Below are positions 25,474 through 38,168 of a stretch of DNA of 64,000 bases, one piece after another. The translations under genes were made by a program, and so were the position numbers. The stretch spans positions 248,001-312,000 of the forward strand of contig NW_021831985.1 of assembly GCF_006345805.1 (NCBI RefSeq), given 5' to 3'. This DNA is from Octopus sinensis. Its lineage: Eukaryota. The notes beneath the pieces were generated by a model. It saw nothing but the letters and a program-made list of their open reading frames with translations. It was not told the DNA's origin and made no database searches. Positions within the stretch are counted from its first letter, which is position 1. Each line of letters begins with the position of its first letter.

Positions 25474-26642
25474 ACTAGGATCGGCTGAAAAGTTCATAGG
25501 CTGACCAAGATACTCTTATGGAATGTAACCAAATGAGGTTTATTTTTCAACATACTCCCCCGTGCAGTTCACACACTTCTTACCTATGTGTTGCAGTACT
25601 TGGATCCTCAGGTCAAAACATGTCATCAACAGCGAGTATGATGTTATCATCACTACGTACTGGTTGTCAGCCAAATGTTTTTTTTTCATGATGGAGAACA
25701 AATAATAGTCAGACAGAACCAAATCAGGAGAATGCAGAGGGTGATGCAGCTATTTAAACCAAGGGCTTGTGTACTGGAGCATTGTCCTGATGAAACAAGA
25801 CCCATTTCATCAGTTTTTCTAGGCGTTTGGTTTTCATAGCCTTTCATAATTGCTTCAGCAAGTTGACACAGTACTTTCCATTGATGGTGTGACCCTTTAA
25901 AAAACAGTTAATAAACACAATACATTTTGTATCCTCAAAAACTGAGGCCATCACCTTCCCTGCAGATGAAACTACCTTGGTCTTGTTTGGACCAGGTAGC
26001 GAGGGGTGTTTCCACCGTATATATTGTCTCTTTGTCTCTGGCTCAAAGTGATGAGTTCAAAGAAACCAGCTGGATCTGCCTCAAACAATGTGAGATTTTC
26101 TCATGATGCGATCAGCCTGGTGCGCTCTTGATCAGGTGTCAGAAGACGTAGCACCCACCGAGGAGAGATCTTTATCATGCCAAATTCATGGAGCAGAATA
26201 TTCTCAAGTCTCTCATGGGATATGCTAATAGCATTGGCTATTTGATTTATGGCCTATGGGGCCAATCATCCACCTCTATGTGGTGAACACGATCTATGTT
26301 TTGCTTGGTGGTGGCAACTGCAGGACGTCAAAACCTTGGGTCATCTTCAAAACTCTCCTTTCCCCTCCTAAATTCATCTGCCCACTTTTGCACTGTTGAT
26401 AAAGCTGGAACATCATACCCGCCAATGTAGCAACCACGAGTTCATGAGCGTCCTTGAGGGGTTAAACCCTTTTATGCAGGTAGATGATAACACCACGCTG
26501 TCAAATTTTGTCCATTTTCAAGTGAAGTTGCTACTAGTTACTACTAAACTTTTCCTTGAGCAGTCAGATGTCAGTTTATCTGGAAAGAAACAATGCAGTT
26601 ATTAACAAGCAGAGTTGTGTAAGTGAGATTATATATACTCGT
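25474..26642 (-). mobile_element. Decayed mariner element (transposase pseudogene)
   Basis: Minus strand PLHSPDLVLSDYYLF (HPPYSPDLAPSDY-like) and C-terminal ..KKCVNCTGEYVEK*; mariner-like terminus ggctgaaaagttcataggctg. Confidence 0.8.
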
Positions 26643-26806
26643 GTATATATCTGTATACGTATGTCTGTTCATACATGTCTGTGTTTATAGAAATTGTATG
26701 TACATGTCGATTATATACATATGTATTTAGATACTTTTGTATCCGTCTGTCTGTCTGTCTGTCTGTTCTCTCTCTCTCTCTTCTCTCTCTCTCTTCTCTC
26801 TCTCTC

Positions 26807-26866
<60 letters not shown>

Positions 26867-27129
26867 TGTGACTGTATGTGTAATTATATCCAAATGTTAT
26901 ATGTGTATGTGTGGGATTTTGTATTTAAGGGTTTCCTCAGTAAACACTCGATGTTAAGTCTCTGACGAAGCCATAAAATGTAACGCTGTAACTCATACCT
27001 GGCTGCACGTTTTTTTTTAATTTGAAAACAGCCTTAAGCCAATGAATGTGAATACATAAATCCTGTTTTTTGTTTTGTAATTTATCTTCTAATTGATATT
27101 AAACACGTGCTTATCTTCTGGTTTATATA

Positions 27130-27470
27130 GACACCAGGGAATACACACTATATTCGACCCAAAGCCTAGAAATATCGTGCATTATGAGTATTGGCCCTAC
27201 TTACCATCATCTCCAAAAACATCCACTTTTAAGCAGATGACACCACTCTTCGTCTCCCTCCAACCTTCCACTCCTAAATATTATCCACACGAAACCTAGA
27301 TACTTAATGCCAAATCCACACTAACTCCATCAACGGGGGACCCTGAAAACATCTCCTAATTGCCTTATACCAGTCCTAATCATTACATGTATCACGAAAA
27401 TATTATCACGTTCTCTCCTACATTACGAACAGAAAATTCTATACTTGACAAGCGATGCAAAGGATTAAAT
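27130..27470 (+). mobile_element. Decayed LINE reverse transcriptase fragment (CR1/jockey-like)
   Basis: gcagatgacaccactctt = ADDTTL, preceded by an SVLAPT-like remnant. Confidence 0.45.
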
Positions 27471-27479
27471 GCGGTTAGA

Positions 27480-27790
27480 ATAAACGAACAGCATGTCAAT
27501 GAATGATGTATAATAGTTCTGACATAATACAAGGAGCCACAAAAGAACCATTTTATGATGTTCACTAAGCAACATAAGCTTTGTCATCACAGATTTACGA
27601 GATTCTTTGTGGATACAGTAAAATACTTCATTAGCTTTATAGTGTTGCAAGTCTAATCTGGTAGAAATGTCCCAGGTTAAGTCCAGAAAATATATAATCA
27701 TGGTTTTCGGTTCGAAACTGACAGAAATGTTAAGTCCCTTAAATATCCTTCGCAGCTTTCTGCCAGTCCGCTTAGTTGCCGAAGGCTTAT
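27480..27790 (-). mobile_element. Penelope-like RT fragment
   Basis: RTGRKLRRIFKGLNISVSFEPKTMIIYFLDLTWDIST...YCIHKES matches the PLE RT C-terminal pattern (K..IFK..L.I....VNFLDVT...Y....S). Confidence 0.7.
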
Positions 27791-28546
27791 AGTCTGCTGC
27801 ATCCTTTCGGGGTCGATAAATTAAGTACCAGTTACGCACTGGGGTCGATGTAATCGACTTAACCCTTTAGTATTTAAACCGGCCATATCTGGCCAAAATA
27901 GTTAATCTGTTTTATGTTCAAGGAAGTCATCTCTGTATAATGTAATAAGTATGATAATGGGCATAATAGTTTCTTTCCTTACGTGGATCTCCATGTCTTC
28001 TAAGCACGAACAGCATGAAACTAGAGCCCTCAACGGTGCCACAAATGCTAGTCCCCACCATCAATCAAAGAGTGTCTCGCCTACTAAATACATATCTTTA
28101 AAACTGCATCACACAGACTGACTTTTATCCTAAGAGTCAGAAAATACTTCGGTCTCCAACGATTCCTACCATTCCCAAATACACGTGTCTGGACTAAGGG
28201 TAACCCCAAGAGTGTTTCTATGCTGCTATAATTCACTGGGCTTTATGACAAATTCAGATCACGCCATAACGCCTTTACTTCTTTTGACCAACTAAAACCC
28301 ATTTTATATCACTACTCCTACATCTGGGGGACGAAGCTGTTGTTACAAGAAGGATTTGACCACTTTGAACACGTATATTTGGAGCGGATATGACCGGTTT
28401 AAATACTGAAGGATTAAGTCTGTCTGCGAAATCCATTTTCAAAGCCTTGATTAGCACGAAATTATAGTTGAAGATACTTGTCCATGGTGCTACGCAGTGG
28501 GACTGAACGTATAACTGCATGGTTGAGAGGTGAACTTCTTAATCAT

Positions 28547-28739
28547 GCGCAGGAGTGGCTGTGTGGTAAGTAGCTTGCTAACCAACCACATGGTTCGGGT
28601 TCAGTCCCACTGCGTGGCATCTTGGCAAGTGTCTTCTGCTATAGCCCCGGCCGACCAATGCCTTGTGAGTGGATTTGGTAGACGGAAACTGAAAGAAGCC
28701 CGTCGTATATATATGTATATATATATATATATAATATAT

Positions 28740-28773
<34 letters not shown>

Positions 28774-28993
28774 ATGTATATATGTATGTTTGTTTGTCCC
28801 CCTAGCATTGCTTGACAACCGATGCTGGTGTGTTATGTCCCCGTTACTTAGCGGTTCGGCAAAAGAGACCGATAGAATAATACTGGCCTTACAAAAAGAT
28901 AAGTCCCGGGGTCGAGTTACTCGACTAAAGGCGGTGCTCCAGCATGGCCGCAGTCAAATGACTGAAACAAGTAAAAGAGTAAAAGAGAAAGAG
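28547..28993 (+). mobile_element. SINE family A, full length, preceded by a short inverted head fragment (28460-28545)
   Basis: Homology to 3484-3890. Confidence 0.9.
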
Positions 28994-29218
28994 TATGCAA
29001 GCATTATTGATATCTAATGCTCTCTCTCAGGTGTTTGAACTTGAAATATTTTTGTACATTGTTTTCATTTATAAGGATGTTGTTGTTGTTGTTGCTTGTT
29101 TTCTTGTTTTCGTTTAATCGCTCCCCAAGTCATTCTTGGCAAAACAGAATTATCATCACATTCCATCTGTGAACATCCCTTCTTTGCTTCACTCGTTGCG
29201 GGCTCCCGACCACGTTAT

Positions 29219-30900
29219 CCAATGGTCAGTTCGTTTTTATGATGTCAAAGCGGTGTGATTCGAGGGAAAGGTGACTGCTGTTTTTAACAAACCCAATGAC
29301 CACATAGAACTGAGATAGAAGAACAAGTAAATTATGATCACAAATGGAATAAAATTCAAAATTTGAAAGTGGTGTTAAACGAGGAGATTTTTGCTATTGG
29401 TGAGCACTTTCTGTCGATATAGTCCTTTAGTTCACAAATGAGGCCTTGTTCATTTTCAGAATATTACCAGATTACGGTTTATACTTTATTGTATTCGCTT
29501 TCTTTTCTCAATTTTTCTCGTAAGTTTATGGTTATGAGAGCGAAGCTCTATTTAATATTAATATGCATTTTATGTCAAGGGAATGTGAACATTTTTGAGA
29601 GTAATTTATTTCTCTTCAAAACAACTGAATGTACAACATTTTTGCAGCATAAAATACAGTAGAGGAATGAATAAAAGTTCTTTTTATTATTTATTTTACA
29701 TATTAAATCAGCCATAATTTGTTGAAGTTACTGAGAACCAGTTGATAACATGCTATATTTAAAAACTATATTCATACAAAGAAATGCAAATTTCAGAGCG
29801 AATTTCTGCATGGCATCGTTGCTTTCTAGCTCCATAGGCTCAGATCTTGGATTCCTACCATTCCCAAATGACACATGTCTGGAATAAGGGTAACCCCAAG
29901 AGTGTTTCTTTGCTGCTATAATTCACTTGGCTTTATGACAAATTCAGATCACGCCCAAACGCCTTTAGTTCTTACGACCAAGTTCACAATGTACATATTG
30001 CCCAGACAGGCAATGAAATCCTCCCGAGTATGAAATCCTCCCGACCTCGCACCATCTGACTTCCACCTCATTCCAGCCATGAAGTCTTTTTTGAAGGGGA
30101 GCATTTTTCGCAAGATGATGAACTTATTTCCGAGGTAAAGTTTTGTCTCCAGGCGCAACATACTGACTTCTACAGACGAGGTCTTCATAGCTGCATAAAG
30201 CGACGGGAGGAGTGTGTCACCATTGGTGGTGACTATGTAGAGAAGGACTAATAATTATGCTAAGTTTTGTTGGGAAGTCCTTGGGAAGTGGATCAGGGGA
30301 AAACCATGCAGAAATTCGCTCTGCAATTTGCATTTCTTTGTATGAATATAGTTTTTAAATATAATATGTTATCAACTGGTTCTCAGTAGCTTCAACAAAT
30401 TATGGCTGACTTAAAATGTGAAATAAAAAAAAACTTTTATTCATTCTTCTATCATATTTTATGCTGTATAAATGTTATACATTCAGTTGTTTTGAAGAGA
30501 AATATATTATTCTCAAAAAATTTCACACATCCCTTGACATAAAATGCATATTAATATTAAATAGAGCTTCGCTCTCATAACCATAAACTTACGAGAAAAA
30601 TTGAGAAAAGAAAACGTATACAATAAAGTATAAACCGCAATCTGGTAATATTCTGAAAACGAACAAGGCCGCATTTGTGAACTAAATCACTATAAAAATA
30701 TCGGCAGAAAGTGTTCACCAACAGCAAAAACCTCCTCGTTTAACATCACTTTCAAATTTTCAATTTTATCCCATTTGTGGTAATAATTTACTAGTTCTTC
30801 TAACTCAGTTCTATGTGGTCATTCAGTTTGTTAGAAACAGCAGTCACCTTTCCCTCAAATCACACACCTCTTTGACATCATAAAAACGAACTGACAATGG
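29219..30900. repeat. Long inverted duplication: arms 29219-29813 and 30304-30900, 490-bp spacer
   Basis: Continuous reverse-complement alignment by eye over ~595 bp. Confidence 0.9.
29990..30252 (+). mobile_element. Mariner transposase C-terminal fragment in the inverted-repeat spacer
   Basis: ..PDLAPSDFHLIPAMKS..G.HFSQDDELISEV..FYRRGLHSCIKRREECVTIGGDYVEKD*. Confidence 0.85.
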
Positions 30901-30961
30901 AAAGGACAGAGATCAAAGAAGCTAAGTATGAGTTGGGGGTTATATTTAATCTATTCAGAAA

Positions 30962-31415
30962 TGGCGGCGAGTTGGCAGAAACGCTAGCACGCCGGGCGAA
31001 ATGCTTAGCCGTATTTCGTCTGCCGTTACGTTCTGAGTTCAAATTCCGCCGAGGTCGACTTTGCCTTTCATCCTTTCAGGGTCGATAAATTAAGTACCAG
31101 TTACGCACTGGGGTCGATGTAATCGACTTAACACTTTAGCATTTAAACCGGCCATATCTGGCCAAAATAGTTAATCTGTTTTATGTTCAAACTGACCAGA
31201 TCCAGGCTCTCACACCTACCCTACAATGTTATTCTACATTAAGTAATTACACCATCAAGATCTTGAAGATATGAGATAATGCATGATTAATTCAAATCAA
31301 TGTGAATCAATAAGCATTATGTTTGATAGAATAATCTGAACACTAAAGGGTTAATCCGTTTGTCTGTCCTTGTTTGTCCCCTCTGTGTTTAGCCCCTTGT
31401 GGGCAGTAAAGAAAT
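30962..31415 (+). mobile_element. SINE family B containing a nested TTAA MITE
   Basis: SINE sequence resumes (tccgtttgtctg) after the second TTAA. Confidence 0.9.
31128..31354. mobile_element. piggyBac-type MITE (TTAA), same family as 2981-3205
   Basis: TTAA-CACTTTAGCATT...AACACTAAAGGG-TTAA. Confidence 0.85.
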
Positions 31416-31782
31416 ATATATTTAACCTATTCAGAATTTGAAGGGTTAGCAGTTACAGTAATTGCCACGCAGTAAAGTGCCCTCTATATTGGTTTCGGAG
31501 AAGATGCTTCTGAGTAGCAGTTTTATTGCTGATCAAATCCTTTCTTTTCAGACAAAATCTGTGGAACATAAAGTGATAATCAGTTTCCTCATATTCAGTC
31601 CATTATGCAAGAAGAAAAAGATTTCTTTCTATATCATGAGCTAACTAAATATTTTTCTTTCAAATGTTCCTATTCATCATGTCTTTGTAGGTGTGCACCC
31701 CGGCGGACAAACTGATGATAGGAGAAAGGCTAACAACACCATCCCTTGAAGCTCACCTGAAAACACACAGGCGTCCACAGAT

Positions 31783-31846
<64 letters not shown>

Positions 31847-32226
31847 ATACATACACACTCACATCTCACATACACATACACACAGACTTATATAGATGCA
31901 CACACACACACACACATACACATACATACACACACTCATATACACATACACAGACTTATATAGATGCACACACACACACACACAATGGAGATTCAGGTTC
32001 GAGAGTTCTAGGGTTTCGAGGAGTGTGGAAGCACTTCTTAACCACAATTGTTCGCAAGTCTACTCTGACCTGAAATAGTAGCACCTGTAAGGGTCCTTGC
32101 TATTAGTTAACTAGCGTGTGTGAGGACAATCCATCTGAACTCTGGGATGCAGAAATACTCTTGGCTGGTGTCAAGATTTACAGTAAAACCACCGAAAGTA
32201 AGGAACCCCCGGCTGTTGTTACAAGA

Positions 32227-32946
32227 TTGGGATCCTTACCTTTTGATCTACAGATTTAAAAAATAAGTTTTTGTAACTAAACACTTTCATACTTCGGACA
32301 CTGGTAGAATGTGTCATATAAAACATCTTTTACTCATAGCATTTTTGAGAAAAACTTATATTTATGAAGTTATTTCACGTTAAAGTTGTCCTATTCGGTA
32401 ATTTTAACCAATCAATGATGTGTATTCAGCTGCATAAAATTACTGCTGTTGTTTGTCAACAAGAACTTCCGGCGGTGTATATTTCGCTTGTCACTGTTAT
32501 TTATGACAACCCTAACCCTAAAACCTTAACCCTAACCTTAACATTAAAACCCTAACCCTAACACCCAAACCCTAATCCTAAAGCCCTAACCCTAACCCTA
32601 ACCCTAAAACCCTAACCCTAACCCTAAAGCCTTAAAGCTAAAACCAGTACAAACGCATGAACGATGTCATAAATAACTGACAAACGAAAAATACACCGCC
32701 GATAGTTGCTGTTGACGAACAACCTCAGTAATTTTATTCAGCTGAATACACGTCATTGTTTGGTTGAAATTACCGAAATAGGACAACCTTAACGTGAAAT
32801 AACTTCGTAAATATAAGTTTTTATCAAAACTGCTAAGAGTAAAAGATGTTTTATATGACACAATTCTACCAGTGTCCGAAGTTTGAAAGTGTTTAGTTAC
32901 AAAAAATTATTTTCTAAATCTGTTGGTCAAAAGGTAAAGATTCCAA
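32227..32946. mobile_element. Foldback element: ~282-bp inverted arms around a (CCCTAA)n core (32509-32645)
   Basis: Arms ttgggatccttaccttttga...gttatttatgaca and tgtcataaataac...caaaaggtaaagattccaa; core of degenerate CCCTAA/CCCTAAA units. Confidence 0.9.
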
Positions 32947-34221
32947 CATCGTTCATGTGATTACTGGCCATCTCGCTTCGGACTGTCACGAACTACAAAT
33001 CACGGAGACTCTGAACAGAGAGCGGCACTTGTGCTGCACAAGTGTTTATCACTACAATCCAATAACGTACACTTGCCTATTTATGGTGACCTCATTTGTC
33101 ATCCCATCTACTGAAAGTCCCATGACGATAGAAGAGTGGTGATGTGTACAGACCTAACCAGTTGGAAGCGTACAGTAAATTACAATGCTCGTCTATTACC
33201 TCTGATTCAAACCACGCTGATCTGCAAAGAGACTGAACAGTCACTTGAGAGGTCACGAACGGAAAATCGGAAAAGCCATTAACAGCGAGGAAACATAAGG
33301 AGACCACAAGTGAAGATGGAGAAATCACAATATATATATACATCCTTCCATCCATACATACATGCACACACACAAACATACACACACACGCACACATACA
33401 CACACACACACACACACACATTATAAAAGAGGGAATGTATTTCCACGTAGGAAAAAGTTTAGGCAAATTTGTTGTTGAAAATGCACCTAAATTTGAAAAA
33501 CTTGTAATTGTTTAAAATAAATTTATTTACATATATACCAAACTAGTTTCAACAATATTTTTGTTTTATCAATGGTAAAAAATTAGAATTATGAATTAGA
33601 AAAACATCTTTGAAAGTTTCAATGTTAACAAATTAAAATTTTCATAACAGATAAATTTAGAATTATGAATTAGAAAAGCATGTTAAAAAATTTCGATGTT
33701 GACAAATTTAAATGATCATAACAGTCAATGATATTAAAACTGTGCATCAATTTGTTTGAATGTACAAAGCTCATTAGTGTTAGTAGTGATCAAAAAGAAA
33801 TGAATATCATCAAAGTTTCAGTCAAACTGAGGTAAGAGGGAAAAACAAGGGAGAAATGAAGATAGTAAAAAAAAAGGGATTTGGTTTACAATTTCTCTGA
33901 TCCTCTTTCCGTCATGTGTAGGAACTTCCGCTTGTAACGGTGTGTTTTGGAATTCGGTGTATTTATAATTTTTTCCGCGAGCGGATCTGTCTTTTGATTC
34001 GTTAAAGTACTGGTGACGACTTGTTTTTCCGGTGGTCAAATTTGTTTTTCTGCCTGGTTGGCTTCCCTGTGGAGAACGGTCATCAGTCATTCTGGCTGGT
34101 TGATTCTCTTAAGGGTCATTTTGCTGTATTTGCTGAAGTTTTGATTGGTCTAGAGTTAGGTGAAGAATAGAAAATGGAGACAAACGCTCAAGATGTTATT
34201 AAATCATTTATATCTTCATAT

Positions 34222-34306
34222 CTCCTACACCTGTTTCGATGGATGCATCTAAAATACGTTAGACAGGATGAATAATGGCCAGATATGCATCAATCTCTTC
34301 AGGGAG
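34222..34306 (-). ncRNA. Type I hammerhead ribozyme motif with long stem II
   Basis: CTCC-CTGAAGA-GATtGATGCAT...ATGCATCcATC-GAAAC-AGGT-GTA-GGAG: stem I CTCC/GGAG, canonical G-C stem II closure, GUA triplet. Confidence 0.75.
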
Positions 34307-34562
34307 GATATAAATAACAGTACTCATCAAATAGTAATTTTAAAAGATAAAGGAAGCCCCAGAAAATGTGACGTATATATATATATATATATGCAACATG
34401 TGTTTCGATAACCGTATATTTTTTTACTAATATTGCATAATTATTCCTTCGGATTCTTCCAATATATTGTACACTTATATATATAATAATATATATATAT
34501 AATATATATTATATATAATATATATAAAAGTTGAGTTGTGGGGTATCGCACGAGTGGGATTA

Positions 34563-35303
34563 TATAAGAAAAAAGGTTTGAAAATGCAATTTAAACGATG
34601 TTTATTACTTAACCGGTTTCACTCTTTGGTAAAAGATTGTCAAAAGTAACATTAAAAGTATCATTGAATAATATGGGTTCAAAAAGGTTTTTTTACATAA
34701 TTGTCACATTGAATATTATGCATTCCAAAACGTTTTTTACATAATTGTCACATTGGATATTATGAATTCAAAAATGTTTTTTTATACAAAATTGTCACAT
34801 TACATGATAAAATATAGTGTTTGGTAACAGAGAAGTTCAATAGTGTGATGAGGAATATTTGGAAAAATGGCAGAAGAAAAGGATAAAACAAATATATTAT
34901 TGGAAATTTGGTTGCGTTAATTATTGGTTGTCGCAAATTGTCACATTACATGTATATATATACAGCCTTTGGTATATATATACAATCTATTGACAGCAAA
35001 AATTAAAATGGATTTTTTATACATCTCAGAATATTTTAAGTTGAAGGCGAGAATATGTTGTTACTAACCTGTTTGTTTTAGCAGAAAGGTTGAATTGAGA
35101 GAAAAAAGGTTGTACCCAGTGTGGTGTATTATGTAAAAAACTTTTTTGAATGCATAATATTCAATGTGACAATTATGTAAAAAACTTTTTTGAACCCATA
35201 TTATTCAATGATACTTTTAATGTTACTTTTGACAATCTTTTACCAAAGAGTGAAACCGGTTAAGTAAATAAACATCGTTTAAATTGCATTTTCAAACCTT
35301 TTT

Positions 35304-35310
<7 letters not shown>
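34563..35310. mobile_element. Inverted pair of PLE-tail-like modules (arms 34563-34745 and 35128-35310), each with a decayed hammerhead
   Basis: Near-identical arms; ACTT-TTGACAA-tcttt tacc aaaga gt-GAAAC-CG-GTT-AAGT at 35225-35265 (+) and 34607-34647 (-); ~47-bp tandem units inside. Confidence 0.85.
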
Positions 35311-35370
<60 letters not shown>

Positions 35371-35384
35371 TTTCATATTTTATC

Positions 35385-35775
35385 TTTTGCTCGTTTGAAT
35401 CAATAGACTGCGGCCATGCTGGAGCACCACCTTGAAAAAACTTTAGTTTGACTAATCGACCCCAGTACTTCCTTTTTTGTAAGGTTCTTTTCCTGTTGCC
35501 CTCTTATACCGAACCGCTAAGTTACGGGGACAGAAACAAACCAGCATCAGGCGTCAAGCGGTGGTGGGGGACAAACACAGACCAAAAGCTTACACACATA
35601 CATGCATGCACGCACGCACACATTCACATATACGACGGACGTCTTTCAGTTTCTCTCAAACAAATCCATTCACAAAGCTGTGGCCGACTTGAAGCGAGAG
35701 TAGAAGACAATATGCCCAAGGTGCCACACAGTGGGATTGAACGCGGAACCATGTGGGCGGGAAGGAAGTTTCTTA
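35385..35775 (-). mobile_element. SINE family A, diverged
   Basis: Homology to family A. Confidence 0.8.
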
Positions 35776-35777
35776 TT

Positions 35778-36183
35778 TCTTTATTGTCCACATGGGGCTG
35801 AACATAGAGGAAACAAACAAGGACAAACAAACGGATTAAGTTGATTACATCGACCCCAGCGTGTAACTGGTACTTAATTTATCGACCCCGAAAGGATGAA
35901 AGGCAAAGTCGATCCTGGCGGAATTTGAACTCAGAACGTAGCGGCAGACGAAATACCTATTTCTTTACTACCCACAAGGGGCTAAACACAGAGGGGACAA
36001 ACAAGGACAGACACACGGACCAAGTCGATTATATCGACCCCAGTGCGTAACTGGTCCTTAATTTATCGACTCCGAAAAAGATGAAAGGCCAAGTCGCCCT
36101 CGGCGGAATTTGAACTCAGAACGTAACGGCAGACGAAATACCACGAAGCATTTCGCCCGGCGTGCTAACGTTTCTGCCAGCTC
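35778..36183 (-). mobile_element. SINE family B concatemer
   Basis: Repeated units with the aaagaaatag|gtatttcgtc junction. Confidence 0.85.
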
Positions 36184-36667
36184 GCAAGCTTCTTACCACG
36201 AATGAACATTTAATCCATAATCGTGATTTCATTAAAATATATTTTGTCAGACAAACGATTATTGATTTTATGTTTACTAGAGTACCCGGGCCGTCAACAA
36301 TGGCGGCAACTGTTTTATTAAACTTTATGATATTTGCATTTCCATTTGCATAAATGAATATTCGATTTTTTCCAGCTAGAGGTATTGTTAGAAAACATAT
36401 ATGACGAAAGTTGCTTAAAGTGAGTATGAGGATATTAATAAAAAAATCCTAAATTAATAGGAGAATAATAAAATTGTATTTATCACTGATAGAAAAGGCG
36501 TGGTCATTTTTCATATACTCTCGTTATTCGATATTATGTTGTTTCCTATAATAAATGCTCTACTTAATTTCACAAATACTGTACATGTATATATATTCAA
36601 AGCTACCAAAATATGGGCACACGATCTTTCAAACATGTAACATACATTTCGAGGGACAATAGGTTAA

Positions 36668-37038
36668 TCTCTCTCTATATAAACGGCAGTTTGTCTGTCT
36701 GCGTGTCTGTGTGTCTGTTAGGTTGTACCCTCACCCTGACCACGGCTTTCAACCGATTCTGATGAAACTTGACACACACATAGCCCAATGTCATAATTCA
36801 AAACTAAAGCAGCGAAAATTTTGAAAAGTTCCCCCAGTTCTGAAAAAAATCGATAAATTCGACATGGGGTCGAGAATCAGAAACACAAACCACAGACTGT
36901 CTAGGGGACGCAACTCGACCTTTTTAACTCTCAAAAAAAATTATGATAATTTTTTTTCCATTTTTGGCTATAACTCTCTAAAAATGCTTTATAGTTATTT
37001 CCCTTACAAACCCGAGCAACGCCGGGTGATACTGCTAG
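36668..37038 (+). mobile_element. Non-autonomous Helitron, family C
   Basis: A|TCTCTCTCTATATAAACGG...CCCGAGCAACGCCGGGTGATACTGCTAG|T; last ~90 bp shared with family A. Confidence 0.9.
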
Positions 37039-37082
37039 TTTTATATAAATGCTGCGCATTTACAATATATTTAACACATTAA

Positions 37083-37665
37083 TGCGGTGAGCTGGCCTGA
37101 AACGTCAGCACGCCGGGCGAAATGCTTAGCGGTATTTCGTCTGCCGCTACGTTCTGAGTTCAAATTCCGCCGAGGTCGACTTTGCCTTTCATCCTTTCGG
37201 GGTCAATAAATTAAGTACCAGTTACGCGCTGGGGTCGATATAATCGACTTAATCCGTTTGTCTGTCCATGTTTGTCTCCTCTATGTTTAGCCCCTTGTGG
37301 GTAGTAAAGAAATAGGTATTTCGTCTGCCGCTACGTTCTGAGTTCAAATTCCGCCGAGGTCGACTTTGCCTTTCATCCTTTCGGGGTCAATAAATTAAGT
37401 ACCAGTTACGCACTGGGGTCTATATAATCGACTTAATCCGTTTGTCTGTCCTGTTTGTCCCCTCTGTGTTTGGCCCCTAGTGGGTAGTAAAGAAATAGGT
37501 ATTTCGTCCGTCTTTACGTTCTGAGTTCAAATTCAGCCGGGGCCGACTTTACCTTTCATCCTTTAGGAGTGAATAAAGTAAAAATCAGTTGAGCATTGGA
37601 GTCGATGTAATCAACTTACCTCCCCCTCCCCCGAAATTGCTGGCCTTGTGCCGAAATTCCGAAAC
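37083..37665 (+). mobile_element. SINE family B trimer
   Basis: Junctions at ~37315 and ~37498; third unit carries the alternative tail. Confidence 0.9.
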
Positions 37666-37914
37666 CATTATACACAATATAAATGTTGTAGACACAGTTA
37701 TTTTGAATAAGATTAAAAGTGTTATTCATCTCAAAAATGTTCATACATTCTTGACATAAAAATGTATATAAAATGCAGTCTCATTCTCATGACTCAATTC
37801 ACATGTAAAACTCAAGAAAATATATAAACCTCCCCGATCAAACAAAATACATGCCTTAAATGCTAATATTGTAAAAATGTGAATAGATGTCACATTTGTG
37901 TAGCAAAATAACAC

Positions 37915-38168
37915 AAAAACACGGTTGTCAAGCGATGTTGGTGGTGGGGGGGCAAACACAGACACACAAGCACACACACACATATATATACATGTACATA
38001 TATACGACGGGCTTCTTTCAGTTTCCGTCTACCAAATTCACTCACAAGGCTTTGGTCAACCCGAGGCTTTAGCAGAAGACAACTTGCCCAAGGTGCCACG
38101 CATTGGGACTGAACCCGGAACCATGTGGTTGGTAAGCAAGCTACTTACCACACAGCCACTCCTACGCC
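37915..38168 (-). mobile_element. SINE family A, 5' part
   Basis: Homology to family A. Confidence 0.85.

Noticed and set aside
32509-32645. Chromosome end or fusion scar
   Set aside because: Short, degenerate, single-orientation repeats enclosed by inverted arms with ordinary DNA on both sides.
33832-33921. Plus-strand GT-AG intron candidate (gag|gtaaga ... gtgtag|)
   Set aside because: All three downstream frames stop within ~85 nt and the upstream sequence is AT-rich and non-coding.
37083-37665. Regularly repeated units resembling CRISPR or satellite
   Set aside because: SINE B concatemer; units are ~185 bp with no unique spacers.
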